From Antedon mediterranea (Eukaryota; Animalia; Echinodermata): a stretch of DNA of 64,000 nucleotides. This document shows positions 1 through 11,241 of the stretch, in pieces. Both the position numbers and the translations under genes were made by a program. Location: the NCBI RefSeq assembly GCF_964355755.1, contig NC_092679.1, positions 24,411,432 to 24,475,431 of the forward strand, given 5' to 3'. The notes under the pieces are model-generated. The model was given only the letters and a program-made list of their open reading frames with translations, was not told the DNA's origin and made no database searches. Every line of letters begins with the position of its first letter. Positions within the stretch are counted from its first letter, which is position 1.

Positions 1-1789
1 TTCTATTTTACCAAATTTTTCCTATCTTTTCTATCGATTTATATTTTAGAATTTTTTCTTCTTTCTATCATTCATTTTCTCAACTATCACTCCTAAAAAT
101 CCCGATAGGTTCCTTTATTATTTGATTGTATTTTTGTTGTAATTTTACCTATTTCTATTGTTTTTTCTTCTTCGTTTTCTTCTACTACCAATTCCTCTTC
201 ATTAATTATACAGTATAATGATAATGATTATTTAATCGTCATGTCATTTTATTTTATATGATAATACCTTTAATAACTAGGACCTGACTCTTCTTGTATT
301 ATAATGAAACACATACGCTGTGCAAATTTTAAAACAATTGTTACTTTATTTAAGTAAACATAAATCATTCATTTTAATCAATAATCAACTGTAATTAAGA
401 GGTCTTGTGTTACTTTTTTCTTATTTTCTAATTTCATTCTCGAAAAATAAACAATCTATATTGATTGAAGTGATTTTGTGTCTAAGGAGCCTTCATTAAT
501 ATTATTTTGTATAGGCCTACTGACAAAGCTGGTGAAATGTCAATTTGCTAAACATCCAAAAAATCCTCAACACGGGCTCGGAAGTTATCGGTAATTTTTA
601 CACGTCGTTACAGTTAAATGTTAGAGGAAGAGAATCCAAAGACGGATATCCGCTGCAGCAGTTTATTTAATATGAATGATATAGTTTCTGCCGACAAACA
701 GAAATGCATAATAGTTATACTAAGAGTTAATAGTTAATAGTATTTATTTTACATACACGATACTGTACAGTAAAATACAAATAAATTAAACAAGTTTGGT
801 TAAAATAGTTAAATATTTAGAATAAATGCAAGCACTTAAAACTATTCCATATCAATAATGAAATCTTCAAGTCACTTGGTTACATTCTGGTAGATGAGTT
901 CAAGTCAATGTCTGACTGCATTGTTCGCTTTCAACGGCAGGGCCCAAAGCATCGTCCATGTCCCTTATCACAGGTACGAATTCGAAACCTTCTAAATTCG
1001 TTGCATGTACTGTCCAATCTACATTCGCTTCATTCAGAAAAACTTAAGTATGTACCATCTAACGTCAGAAGTCTGTATTCGACAACAAAACCAGGCGCAA
1101 CAAGGCTGAAGTCCGAGTGAAATGTAAAAGCTACGCTTCTTCCTAAGTCATTTACCAAACTTCCAGGTGATGTGGTTCCACAATATGTAGAAAATTATTT
1201 AATGTTGTTATCGTTTAGCGACAAATAAAAAAAGGTACAGTAGATATGTAAAATCGACAGTAATACAATGATAATGTTGGGTTGGTTTGTTGGAAGAACA
1301 TTCCATAACTTGATCGACTGTTTTATCCAGGCGGATTCATTGAAAACAAAATATTCATCGTAATAAATTAATGATTGTGATTTTAATTACTTTTACATTT
1401 ATTTTTGAAAGGAGGCTTTATTCGGAGTAATCTACCTTTCACTTTGTATAGGTGAGCTGTTATTGATTTTATAGCCCGACGAAGACGAATATAAAAAAAC
1501 TAATTGTAGGCCGGAATAAAGTTAATTCGAAGTAAATTTCCAGTGCTATTACTTAATTACCTGTAACTGTGTTGTGCCAATAGATAAATTTAAATTTCAC
1601 CTATAATCCGTCTAGCATCAGGTAATCATAAAAACAGAATCGGTGAATCGTTCGACACTAAATTTAGTAAACGTAATAGCAATTCTTTGGTTCTCTGTTG
1701 CCTATAATAAAAATACAAACATATTATATGTTTGATTTCCTTAAGCTTAATATAATATACAATTCTATAACACCCATTTTTGTATTCTT

Positions 1790-2061
1790 GCCATTTTTAA
1801 TTTTAACAAGCGCTGAACATGATTACCCCAGTCATTTTTTCCTGATCAAACACCTATGGAAACATACTCCCATAATGCAGCTAGTAATCAGCGCAAAGTT
1901 GTGTTTTGATCTAACCGGGTTCCCATTTATACACCTGGGTGCAAAGAGGCAAACGTAAGTAAGGTATCTTGCCTAAGGATACAAGCAATGAGGCGGGAGT
2001 TGGATTCGAACCTTGATCTCACGATTCAGTAGTCAACGTTCAACACACTGCGCCACACGCC
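1790..2061 (-). mobile_element. tRNA-derived SINE, family A
   Basis: Minus strand has A box (TGGCGCAGTGTG), B box (GGTTCGAATCC) and a CORE/Nin-like body (CCTTAGGCAAGATAC...CACCCAGGTGTATAAATGGG). Related copies at ~5010-5140, ~22685-22850 and ~44740-44945. Confidence 0.75.
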
Positions 2062-2119
2062 CTAATATAGAATAGTGCAATACCTGATGTGTTTTTTAAA
2101 TATACAATAACTATAATAA

Positions 2120-2425
2120 TAATAAGGAGAAGACCATGAACCGGGACACTGGAGCCCACGAACTCTCGCATTTGAACAATGATTTGATAGACACATCACC
2201 TGGCCGAGCCCCGCACAACCTCCAACCTACAACCGGAGGCGTACGACGTCATCAACAGATGACGTCAAGAATGACCAAGCTGCATTAACACTCCGCAGTC
2301 AGTTGAGAAGGATCTCTGATAGAGATCGAAACGTTCGAGTAAGTACTCCGTTAACTTGTGCTTTTACAAAAACGAAATTTGTCATCTATACAAAATCGAA
2401 GCTAAATGAAATTCTTTCAAGATAT
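2120..2425 (+). mobile_element. Penelope-like element 3' fragment with degenerate hammerhead motif
   Basis: Encodes ...KTMNRDTGAHELSHL (GIY-YIG C-terminal motif, compare 15190-15290), followed by TTGAGAA-G-GATCTC-tgata-GAGATC-GAAA and GTAAGT. Confidence 0.6.
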
Positions 2426-5400
2426 AATAATAATCTATATATAAATTTACGTAAGGGCAAAATTCGGTAAATCGCGCGTTATTTCTAGAATGTTTACTCG
2501 ATGGTATATAAAGTTGGTTCGTACTTTCGGTACTGATTTTAACCGCCTGATGTAACCCTGTTTACTAATTAAATTGAGTTCGATAATTAGTTATTGACGA
2601 TTAAAACGAATTTAGGTTCAACGATTTGCCCCAAATAGGGGTGTTTTTCGATCGTGGTATACACTGTCTAATGGATGTCCGTCTTGAAAAATACCCGCAG
2701 ACGATAATACGAGGATGCTTCGCATTTTCCTATCTCCTCTTACGATAATTGTTTTTAATGGCTGAAAACCGGTTGAACAGCTCGAGTACAGCATCATAAT
2801 GTTGAAGACAGGCCGATTTTCTTTAAAAAATACTATTTTGATAGATTTAATATACGTTTATACAAATGTATTGATTTGCGATGAATGGAACATTCCAATC
2901 TCTGTTCCACAAGTGTCTATTCCCTCAGGCGTCGTAAAGGCAAGTACTGTATACTCATAACAGAAATTCGATCCATTTTTTTTTCAACCAACCCAACCAT
3001 TTCAATCTGTGCTGCAGAGGTTGGATATACATTTTTTTTAAACAGATAATGAGCTAGCGTTTTCACTCGCCGTATATTATGTACACATCTTTATTATTGC
3101 AGTTAAACCACCCACATCACCACCCTTCCCTCACTGGCATGAGTAGCGTTGTAAAACCAGGGAGTAAACGCAGAACAACTTCGGAGGGTAGGGTAGGAAC
3201 CAACTTAAGTATGAATTGGCTCTAAAAACAATTGAAAACCATTATGCCTACTAATTAAGTTGAGTTAGATAATTTAAAATGTATTGACCATTAAATCGAA
3301 TTTATGATTTTGCCCGAATAGAGGTGGTTTTCACAAATTGTTTTAAATTATATAAACATATACACGTCGTAGTGATGTATCGTTACATGTACTATACTAT
3401 TTCAATCGACGGTGATAGTTTCAACAAAGTATTAAATCGCAATGTTTTACTGTATAGGCCTATAGTGGTATATTATTTGTAAAACATGAAAACAATTAAT
3501 ATTTCGTTACTAAAATAAATGTATTTGTTGCTTTTTTAGAGTAGTGTATTTGTGGTGTTTTGTTTTTTGTGTTTTTATAGAAAAGCATTATGTTTCTTGG
3601 AAAAAATACATTTGTAGGCCTAGCGATATCGTTGTATTTTACCTACCGTCAATAACAACACCGATATTTACTGTTATAATAGGTAGAGGTGGTGCTATGG
3701 TTGTAGTGGGCTGCACTGGTGTGTTAGTTGTTGTTACCTCAATACTCTCTTTTGGAATGACATAACCGTTTATAATAGCTTGCTTTAAACCCAGACAACT
3801 GAATGTGGCCATCAAACTTGAAAATCACTGCAATTTCATTTCCTACACTAGTGATCGGTCTTGGTGGAATAAATAAATATTTTTGATTAATGAAAAAGAG
3901 CCAAAGGATACTCTATTAAACGCATAATAAATCTGAGTTTAAAAAAATGAGTAATAACTTGAAAATTGTGGACGTTATCATGTAGACAAATACATTTATA
4001 CTATACATCTTGAAAGAAGCCAAGCAACGTAATAATAATAATTGATGTTCTTAAGATATAATACTGATGTCGAGAAAAGTCGACAACGGCAATCAACAAA
4101 AATTCTCCAATGTCGGAAAAAAGTCGACACTCATACTTGCTCAGACATAGGTTTGGATACAGATATTTCAAGCCCTCTAGCGTTTGGAGAGTAAAACTAT
4201 GAGTTCAAGGGGTAAATTTGAAATATGATGGAAATCATGAGATGTTTGCTATCTGAAAATATTTCATAAATATCATTTGAAAACAGATTAATTTGGTTAA
4301 TTTGTTGTAATTACGATTGCACAGTAAGTACATTTAACCCGCTAATTGATGTGCGAGGAATTTTAGAGGGAAATTTGACTACCGTTACGCGATGTGAAGC
4401 TAGGCCCAGGCCTAGGCCTAGGCATGTAGCGATAGAAATAATTCGCCTGCAAGAAACGTTCTTGTTATTGAAGAATGGATTGACATTTAGGACATATAGG
4501 CCTAGACAAACCGGAAGCAGGGTAAGTAAGAATAGTTTATAATTTCACAAAAGAATATGGTTTTTACAATCATATTTGCTTAGATAAATGCACATATAGG
4601 CCTATGTATTTAAAAATGAATACTTATTAAATTAAACATTTATATTTCGTGTTTTATTAATAGGCTATTATTAATTAGATTAGTGATTTTATTTTGAATA
4701 CAAATTTGCTAATTAATTAAGCCTAGCCAAACACTTTTAGTACTTCTTTACGTTTACACGTTTTTTTAAAACTTTTTAACGGCTTATGAAAGAGTATACC
4801 GATAACTGGGAAAATCCGGTAGAGAAATTTTTTTTAACCAAAAATGTATTTTAGACGGCTAAATCACAAACGACAAACCAAATCATAAATGGGTACTTTT
4901 TTGCATACACATCCACAATAGGTTTGAATCGTTTGCCAATCTTTGGGAAAGAACTCCATTTTGTCCCAGAGTGGTTGGTAGGTGCAGCGATGATTTTGTA
5001 TGAGAATTGACCTGACACAACTTTGCGCTAATTACTAGCTGCATTATAGTATCCATACGTGTTTGATCCAAACAAAAAATGACTGGGGTAATAATGTGAT
5101 GTGAATAATGCTTAGAAGCATTGTGCAATGACCGCTATATAAAAACGAATATTTTTATTATTATTGTTTTTGAGTGAGATTGTTGCTAAGAATACCTACG
5201 GTTGTGGATTTTCAAAGCCATTGGCATTGTCCCGTACTTCGACGTAGTCATAGTGCTTACGACTGGCGCCTGACAATAATACAAGATACATAATTAATTA
5301 CATTTGTTAATGATTACGTATTTTATTCAAGAATTCGGTAAAAGATTGTTCCAATGGATGCCGTGTTATCAGACGATAAATAAATAGACAACCTTTTGTT

Positions 5401-6574
5401 TTCACGACGCGCCAAAATAGTCTTTCTCACTCAAATGTTCAACATTTTTAAAAGGGGGTGATTCAAAATGATAGCATGATTAGCATAGATAAGCTTTTAA
5501 CATACGTATCTAATTCCATTTATCCCAATTATTATTATTGCTGTTGGTAAGTTGACAATAGGCATTAAGCTTACCTTGAATAACTGTACATCTTCTATTA
5601 CTGTCGTAATTTTGTGGAAAGTTGGGCGAGTCAATACTTCCGAAAGGTTCTTCGGTTGTTAAGAGCACTCAAAAATAGAGAGAAGCGTATGTTAGTTAGT
5701 ACATCGTAACCAACTTTACATTTTGTTTTAAATTCCCATTGTTTATTCCCAATAAAAAAATGTCATTCATTCATTCATAATAACATTTATTTCTTATCTT
5801 TCAAAGTAAAAAAAAATAAAAAACTACAGAAATATGTAGGCTATCCTAGGTACTGTAGTCTATTAATCGTCGATAAAGTTGTATATGGTAAAATATGACC
5901 AAATGCGCCTCATTTTGTGTTGAAGCCTAGGCCTATTACATTTATTAATACATACTTTGAATCTCGCAGTTAGATCCGGAAAAACCTTCTTTACAGACGC
6001 AGGCACAATCAGGTCCAACGTAGCCTTCATTCTGACAGTCTAAAGAACTGCATCCAGCTAGAAATTTTATTGAAAAATAATATTATAATGTAACTGTAGT
6101 CTTTAAATTTGTACTGGATTCGTACATAATCAGTAATAATCAAAAACACCGAAGACACACGCAGTTGTCTGGACTACCGAGGCTATTTGTATCACGTGGG
6201 GAAAAACTGAATACACCTACTCGGTGGTAGAACGTCACAACATAGAGACCATCAATCATACATTTTGTTTTGTATATTATTTTGGCATACACAATGGTTG
6301 ATTCATTAAAGTAGTTTATGAAATGAGTTGTATAAATACCAATACTTAAGTTGATTGGGTAAATGTATAATACAGTAATTCATGTATAACGCGTTGGTTT
6401 ATAGAATACCGGTTTTACAACTTTCCTGTTATTTAAACCAACATATTAGGAAATGTAAACAAATCTTACTACTGCACTGGTAAATGCTGTTGGCCAATTT
6501 GATGTCGTAGAAACTAAGCTTGTTCCGGTTTCCAAGCTTATCTCTATCAAGTGGATTTAGTACTTGAATCGTTG

Positions 6575-8839
6575 CACAGTGAAACGAAACTTAAATTATT
6601 TAAAGATCCACAGAGTTCAATGAAACCATCTTTTTATTGTTCAGTATGATATCATTACAAATACTGTTTTCTGATTGTTGTGTGAATAATATTAATATTG
6701 AAAATAGGTTTTTATTGTATGTTACAAATAAGGGTTTAAATGACTGAAATACATCACTTATGTTGTTGTTTGTTTTCATTGTATGTTTTCGTCGATAGAC
6801 TCTTCGCTCATCATACCTATCAGTAATACAGAACTCTAAATAATTGATGAACCATGAACTAGAAGAACATGTACACTCACTGGCATTTTATACCATGGAT
6901 AGAGTTGTATATATAACTCTGCTGTTTTTCGGCAGTAGTCCCTAAATTGTAAAGGGTCTAAACACGTACTAGATTTACATCCAACCCGCAAATTTCAGCG
7001 AAAGTCTCCTTTTCCTGGAAAGCTAGCTCTGCAAGCTATGTTGCCATTGTTTTCCTGAACCTTGTTTAAGTTCATCTACTTTCATTCCTATATCTTCTTT
7101 AAACCGATCGTGTATTTCTTTTCTTCATATCGGCAACGATGGCTTTTCACTATCAGACGAAATACGCCCCTTTTTTTACTGGCATTCTGTACCAATATGA
7201 ATTAGCATTTCGAAGCACCTACTCCATTTGTGTAGTGGCGAGAGCCATAGGTGTAGGCTTCTTCACTTGACGATGGGAGTTTATCCAAATCATTAAACTG
7301 TTTTGGAGTAGCTCCACATATATATAACATCGCATTGAATACTTGGTTTCAGTCAAAGCATTCACGACCTTTTGGTCAACTATGGTGAATTGTAAATTGT
7401 AGTGTATTTAGATGTTGTCTTTTCTGTTTTCATCTGCAGCCAGTTCATAGTTAATTAATATCAAATAATATATTGCAGGTGTAAAGGTCGGCAAAATCAC
7501 GAGGAAGTATCTTTATGTTCAACTACTTCTGTAATTTCTTCTTTTTTTTACTGAACAATTCGAAGTGCAGTTTGGTCCAGCAAGCTTTGAAGGGGTACTC
7601 TTGCCGAATCTTCTTTAACCGTTATATTATTTGCGTAGCATCTATGCTTAGCTTCCCTCACGTTCCACAAACCTGTTTGGTATGACTGTTTTGTCATATC
7701 AGTTTCAACTAGCTAAAAGTGACAAAGCTTTTTCACTGGTAAACTTGATCGGTTCTGGGTTTTTTTTCGGATATTAACTTTCTTATTTTAGCTGGTCTTA
7801 ATGGTGTTAGCATTGCAAACTTCAGCACATATTTTAAATGTGAATTTTGCTTATAGACGCCTTGTGAAGCAGCATAGAGAAGTTCTTTTGGTTCTCTGAC
7901 TAATAATAGCTGATGAAATGAACCTTGTGACGGCCATACTTGTACCATCTTCTTCGTAAATAATAAAGAAATGGTTTGATAGTTTTAGTAGTATACAGTA
8001 CTCCAAAAGTTCTTTTGGTATGTTCTCGTCATTCCTTACATTGTAATGTAAACGCAATTCACGTAAACATACATTGCAGGCTAGTTCAATGTTGGTAATT
8101 AAACCAGCCGAAGGGACAGCTTTAAAGGTTGTATTTTGATATGGAGGCCATGTTACCTGTACCTACATTTATGAATGCTTATTCTCACACTGGTAGCATT
8201 CTCTTTTCCAATACAGACGCGTCGTGGAAAGGTTTTCTCTTCGTCAAGTTCGTGCGATTGCGGTACATCAATGTGTCAATGGAAATGCATTATACATTTA
8301 TTTTAAAACGGGAAATTTAAATAGCTTCCTATATGCAATGTCGCAAATTTTCGCAGCCAAATTTGGTATTAACGTAAAGCTCAAGCTTTGCTCGAAATAT
8401 TAATGTCAAAATTAGCGCGCGAATCGACGCGAATCCAAACTACTTTAGTGGTTTTACTTTAAAAATATGATTTTTTGGTATTTTTGGGCTATATTTTGTG
8501 ACTTTTAACCCTAAAATAAAGCAATAATCGAAAATGTTATTTTACTGCCTAATATTATTAATAACAGACAACAATTTCATGCAGTATAAAATCCATCGCT
8601 AGAAAAAATAACAGCGAATTTATCAAAACTGTTGTTTTTGCTCATTTTAAGTGAAATGCCATGGGTTCTTCAAGTTTCCATGGTTACAAGACACTATTAA
8701 AATTTACAAAAAAATAAATTATTAGTGGATTTATATAATTTAAGATGTCTTCTTCCTAATCCAATATTAAAAAGTTCGGAATGCCACATTTACCATTTTG
8801 GACTTTTGGCACACTTTGAATTGATTCTGGCCCACTGTG
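6575..8839 (-). mobile_element. Transib DNA transposon with decayed transposase (RAG1-core-like)
   Basis: Ends CACAGTG (6575-6581) and CACTGTG (8833-8839); 5-bp TSD CGTTG at 6570-6574 and 8840-8844. Minus-strand frameshifted peptides AKHRCYANNITVKEDSARVPLQSLLDQTALRIV, TIVDQKVVNALTETKYSMRCYICGATPKQFNDL, PLHKWSRCFEMLIHIG and FRDYCRKTAELYIQLYPWYKMPVSVHVLLVHGSSII*SSVLLIGMMSEE match Transib motifs as I recall them. Confidence 0.93.
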
Positions 8840-9829
8840 CGTTGGTTCTCCGTTCTTTGTAAAAGCCTAGGCCTAAATGGAAGCAAAAATAGTTTGATAA
8901 GTTTTGTGAATCCTCCCGCAGGAGACAAATAGTTCCGCCGTTGGTGAGTAATGTGTGACTCTTTTTTCTAATTTCAAGGTAGTTTTTTTAAAAAACCGGA
9001 TCATGAAACGGAAAATTCCGTTAATCAAGTTTCATTCTGCCAATATCTGATTCAATTTTACGTCCAACTTCCTAACATGAGCACCTCCCCTTTCCAAAAC
9101 AAGCATGCATATTTATTTCTAATATATCAATAGCGTTTTAAAAATTATTCTCCACTAATTTCAAGTGTTGAATGTACCTTTACTTACAAATTTTCTGTAA
9201 TGCATGATAGAGCCAACATCGTAAGGAACGCCTTCAGTGGTTCCGATATCAGCGGTATATTTTTCAAACTGTCTTTCCAAACCCTCCCGAATATTATTTA
9301 ACCTGGATATAGAGTCACGATCATGATGTGATTGTTCATGAAAAAAGCCGATAGCGTGGCCAATCTCATGCATGATTATTCCAACCTACAATGAATGAAA
9401 TAATGAAGTATTATTTAACATGCACATAACCTATATCTATGATTATCAATAACAAAGTATCTATTATCTCAATGGTTTAATTGATTGTAAATGTTAGTAT
9501 TTATATTTCATAATCCTATAAATATATATAAAAAAGTATTATATCATAGTTGGAATCTACAGAGAGCATAGAGATCACAGTACAGTTGTGTACCATTAAA
9601 TGTTAGGTCATGCAGGATGCTTCTACAGTACCAATACTATAAACTATAACATTCCTACAGTAGCATGAGAATGGAAGATAAGCACTTACCACTTCGCAGC
9701 CTGATCCAATTGACAGTTCCTATGGACCTCTGTCTAGGTAGCCGATATAAGAAGAGTAGCACCTATACAAAAATATTAAAACCGTTTATTATAATTATGT
9801 AAACATGTAGTTAAACTTTCACTTAAAAT

Positions 9830-10156
9830 GGGTTGATTTGATGTAAAGCCATATCTGTCAATATTTTTACGGGTTGGAACTGGTCTTTGTGTCACATTGT
9901 GTCGCAACACATGTACATACAACGAGTCCTGTCACATAAGTCTGCCGACGTTGATTTTTCTATCGCTCATCATTTGTTCTAATACATAATACAGCGCTTC
10001 CGAAGAAACATCTTTACACAAATCTAACACATTAAAATTGTTTTCCAACTCTTTACAAGCACGAATAGTACTCTGGAGTATGGGCGAGTCCAAAACAACT
10101 AACCCTGTCAATTTATATTCAATGTATGCTAAAACCACTTCCTCTAAATCAACCAT
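9830..10156 (-). pseudogene. Intronless Bcl-2-family-like relic (BH4, BH3 and BH1 regions), frameshifted and 3' truncated
   Basis: MVDLEEVVLAYIEYKLTG (BH4-like), IRACKELE (BH3-like), VLEQMMSDRKINVGRL. Removing 2 nt at ~9936 continues the frame as VTGLVVCTCVATQC, giving a BH1 NxGRLVT motif. Confidence 0.6.
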
Positions 10157-10629
10157 AACGCTTGACAAAACAAATGATAATGGATGTAATTGTCAAGAAA
10201 GTTACAACTTAAGAAATTTTTAACATAGAAACTAATTTTGTCAAAAAATGTGTTAGATTTATTTGTGTTTAGAAAGTTACAACATTAACATTTAATTTGT
10301 CAAAAAATGTGAATATACTGAGCCGAATGTAATTTTTAATACTTAGTATAGTGACGAGATTTTATAAACACAAAAAAGTGCGTCTTGATGATATGAAGGA
10401 CTGAACGGAAATTAATGATTGCTGATTAGACATATTATAGAAATGGATTGAAATTGGAAATCCACATAATCAAACAAAAGAAACACATCGTTCCGACAGA
10501 AGCTAAGGACAATTACAAAGGATGACACAGTTTGAATAGAGTAAATACCGTATAACATAATTAAATTTTATCAAGAAAATTGTCAAAAATAAATAAAATA
10601 TATTATAACTGAATTTAATTTGTACATTT

Positions 10630-11241
10630 ATTAGTCGCGTGGAAGCGACTCTATAGTTCACTATGTCGGTCGGTTGGTCGGTCTGTCTGTCTGTCTGTCG
10701 GTCTGTCTGTATGTCGGTCTGTCGGTCCGGTATCACTATGCGTTTTATCGCTTTCTGACCTTATCTTGATATCAGTTTAATCTAGCTAGGTCAATTTTTC
10801 ACAGTATATTCCTTATGGCCAGGAATCAATGTGGTTATGTTTTCACGGTGCGCAATAAAAAATTACGCGGTCTACGCACGATTTAACGAAATCACGTTTG
10901 TAATCATATCTTCACAACCATGAATCACCATTAAATAAAATTTGGTACTCATAAATTTCAGGGCATAAATCATCATATGGCAATACAATTACGTGCGTAG
11001 CGCATGTAACGCATGCGTACGCGCGCTTAAAATTTTCAAAATTTATTTTCGATGAAATAAGAGTACGTTTCAGGCAATTTCAACATTTTTAAACATGTTC
11101 AGTAATTTCGGTCAGTATAGTTCGCTATGTCGGTCGGTCTGTCTGTCTGTCGGTCGGTCTGTCTGTCGGTCTATCGGTCTGTCTGTCGGTCCGGTATCAC
11201 TATGCATTGTAGCACGCGACTTAATGGCTGTTGGCCTTGTT
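10630..11241 (+). mobile_element. Helentron-associated non-autonomous element (HINE/DINE-1-like)
   Basis: Subterminal IRs AGTCGCGTG...CACGCGACT, (GTCY)n microsatellites, short 3' hairpin GGC-tgttg-GCC, T-rich insertion site without TSD. Same family at 40677-41470 and a relic at ~58270-58375. Confidence 0.75.

Larger units (their letters stand above)
870..9762 (-). pseudogene. SpAN/BP10-like astacin pseudogene (astacin-EGF-CUB-Thr-rich linker-CUB-TSP1); 5' exons missing
   Basis: Exons read manually: 9690-9762 (CYSSYIGYLDRGP*ELSIGSGCEV, TAG at 9720-9722); 9188-9385 (HEIGHAIGFFHEQSH...SIMHY); 8840-8866 + 6470-6569 (AFTKNGEPT/IQVLNPLDRDKLGNRNKLSFYDIKLANSIYQCS, split by Transib); ~5956-6057 EGF (CSSLDCQNEGYVGPDCACVCKEGFSGSNCE); ~5575-5670 and ~5200-5269 CUB remnants; ~3646-3870 CUB end plus Thr/Pro-rich linker; ~870-1186 CUB end plus TSP1 with TGA at 1030-1032. 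Contains nonsense codons, frameshifts and deletions. Confidence 0.9.

Noticed and set aside
2434-3080. Third Helitron starting A|TCTATATATAAA
   Set aside because: The 5' end is suggestive but I found no 3' hairpin with CTRR, so it is left unannotated.
6575-8839. Full RAG1-RAG2 (ProtoRAG) transposon
   Set aside because: Only 2.3 kb; motifs are Transib-type; no RAG1 N-terminal/RING region or RAG2 kelch ORF was seen.
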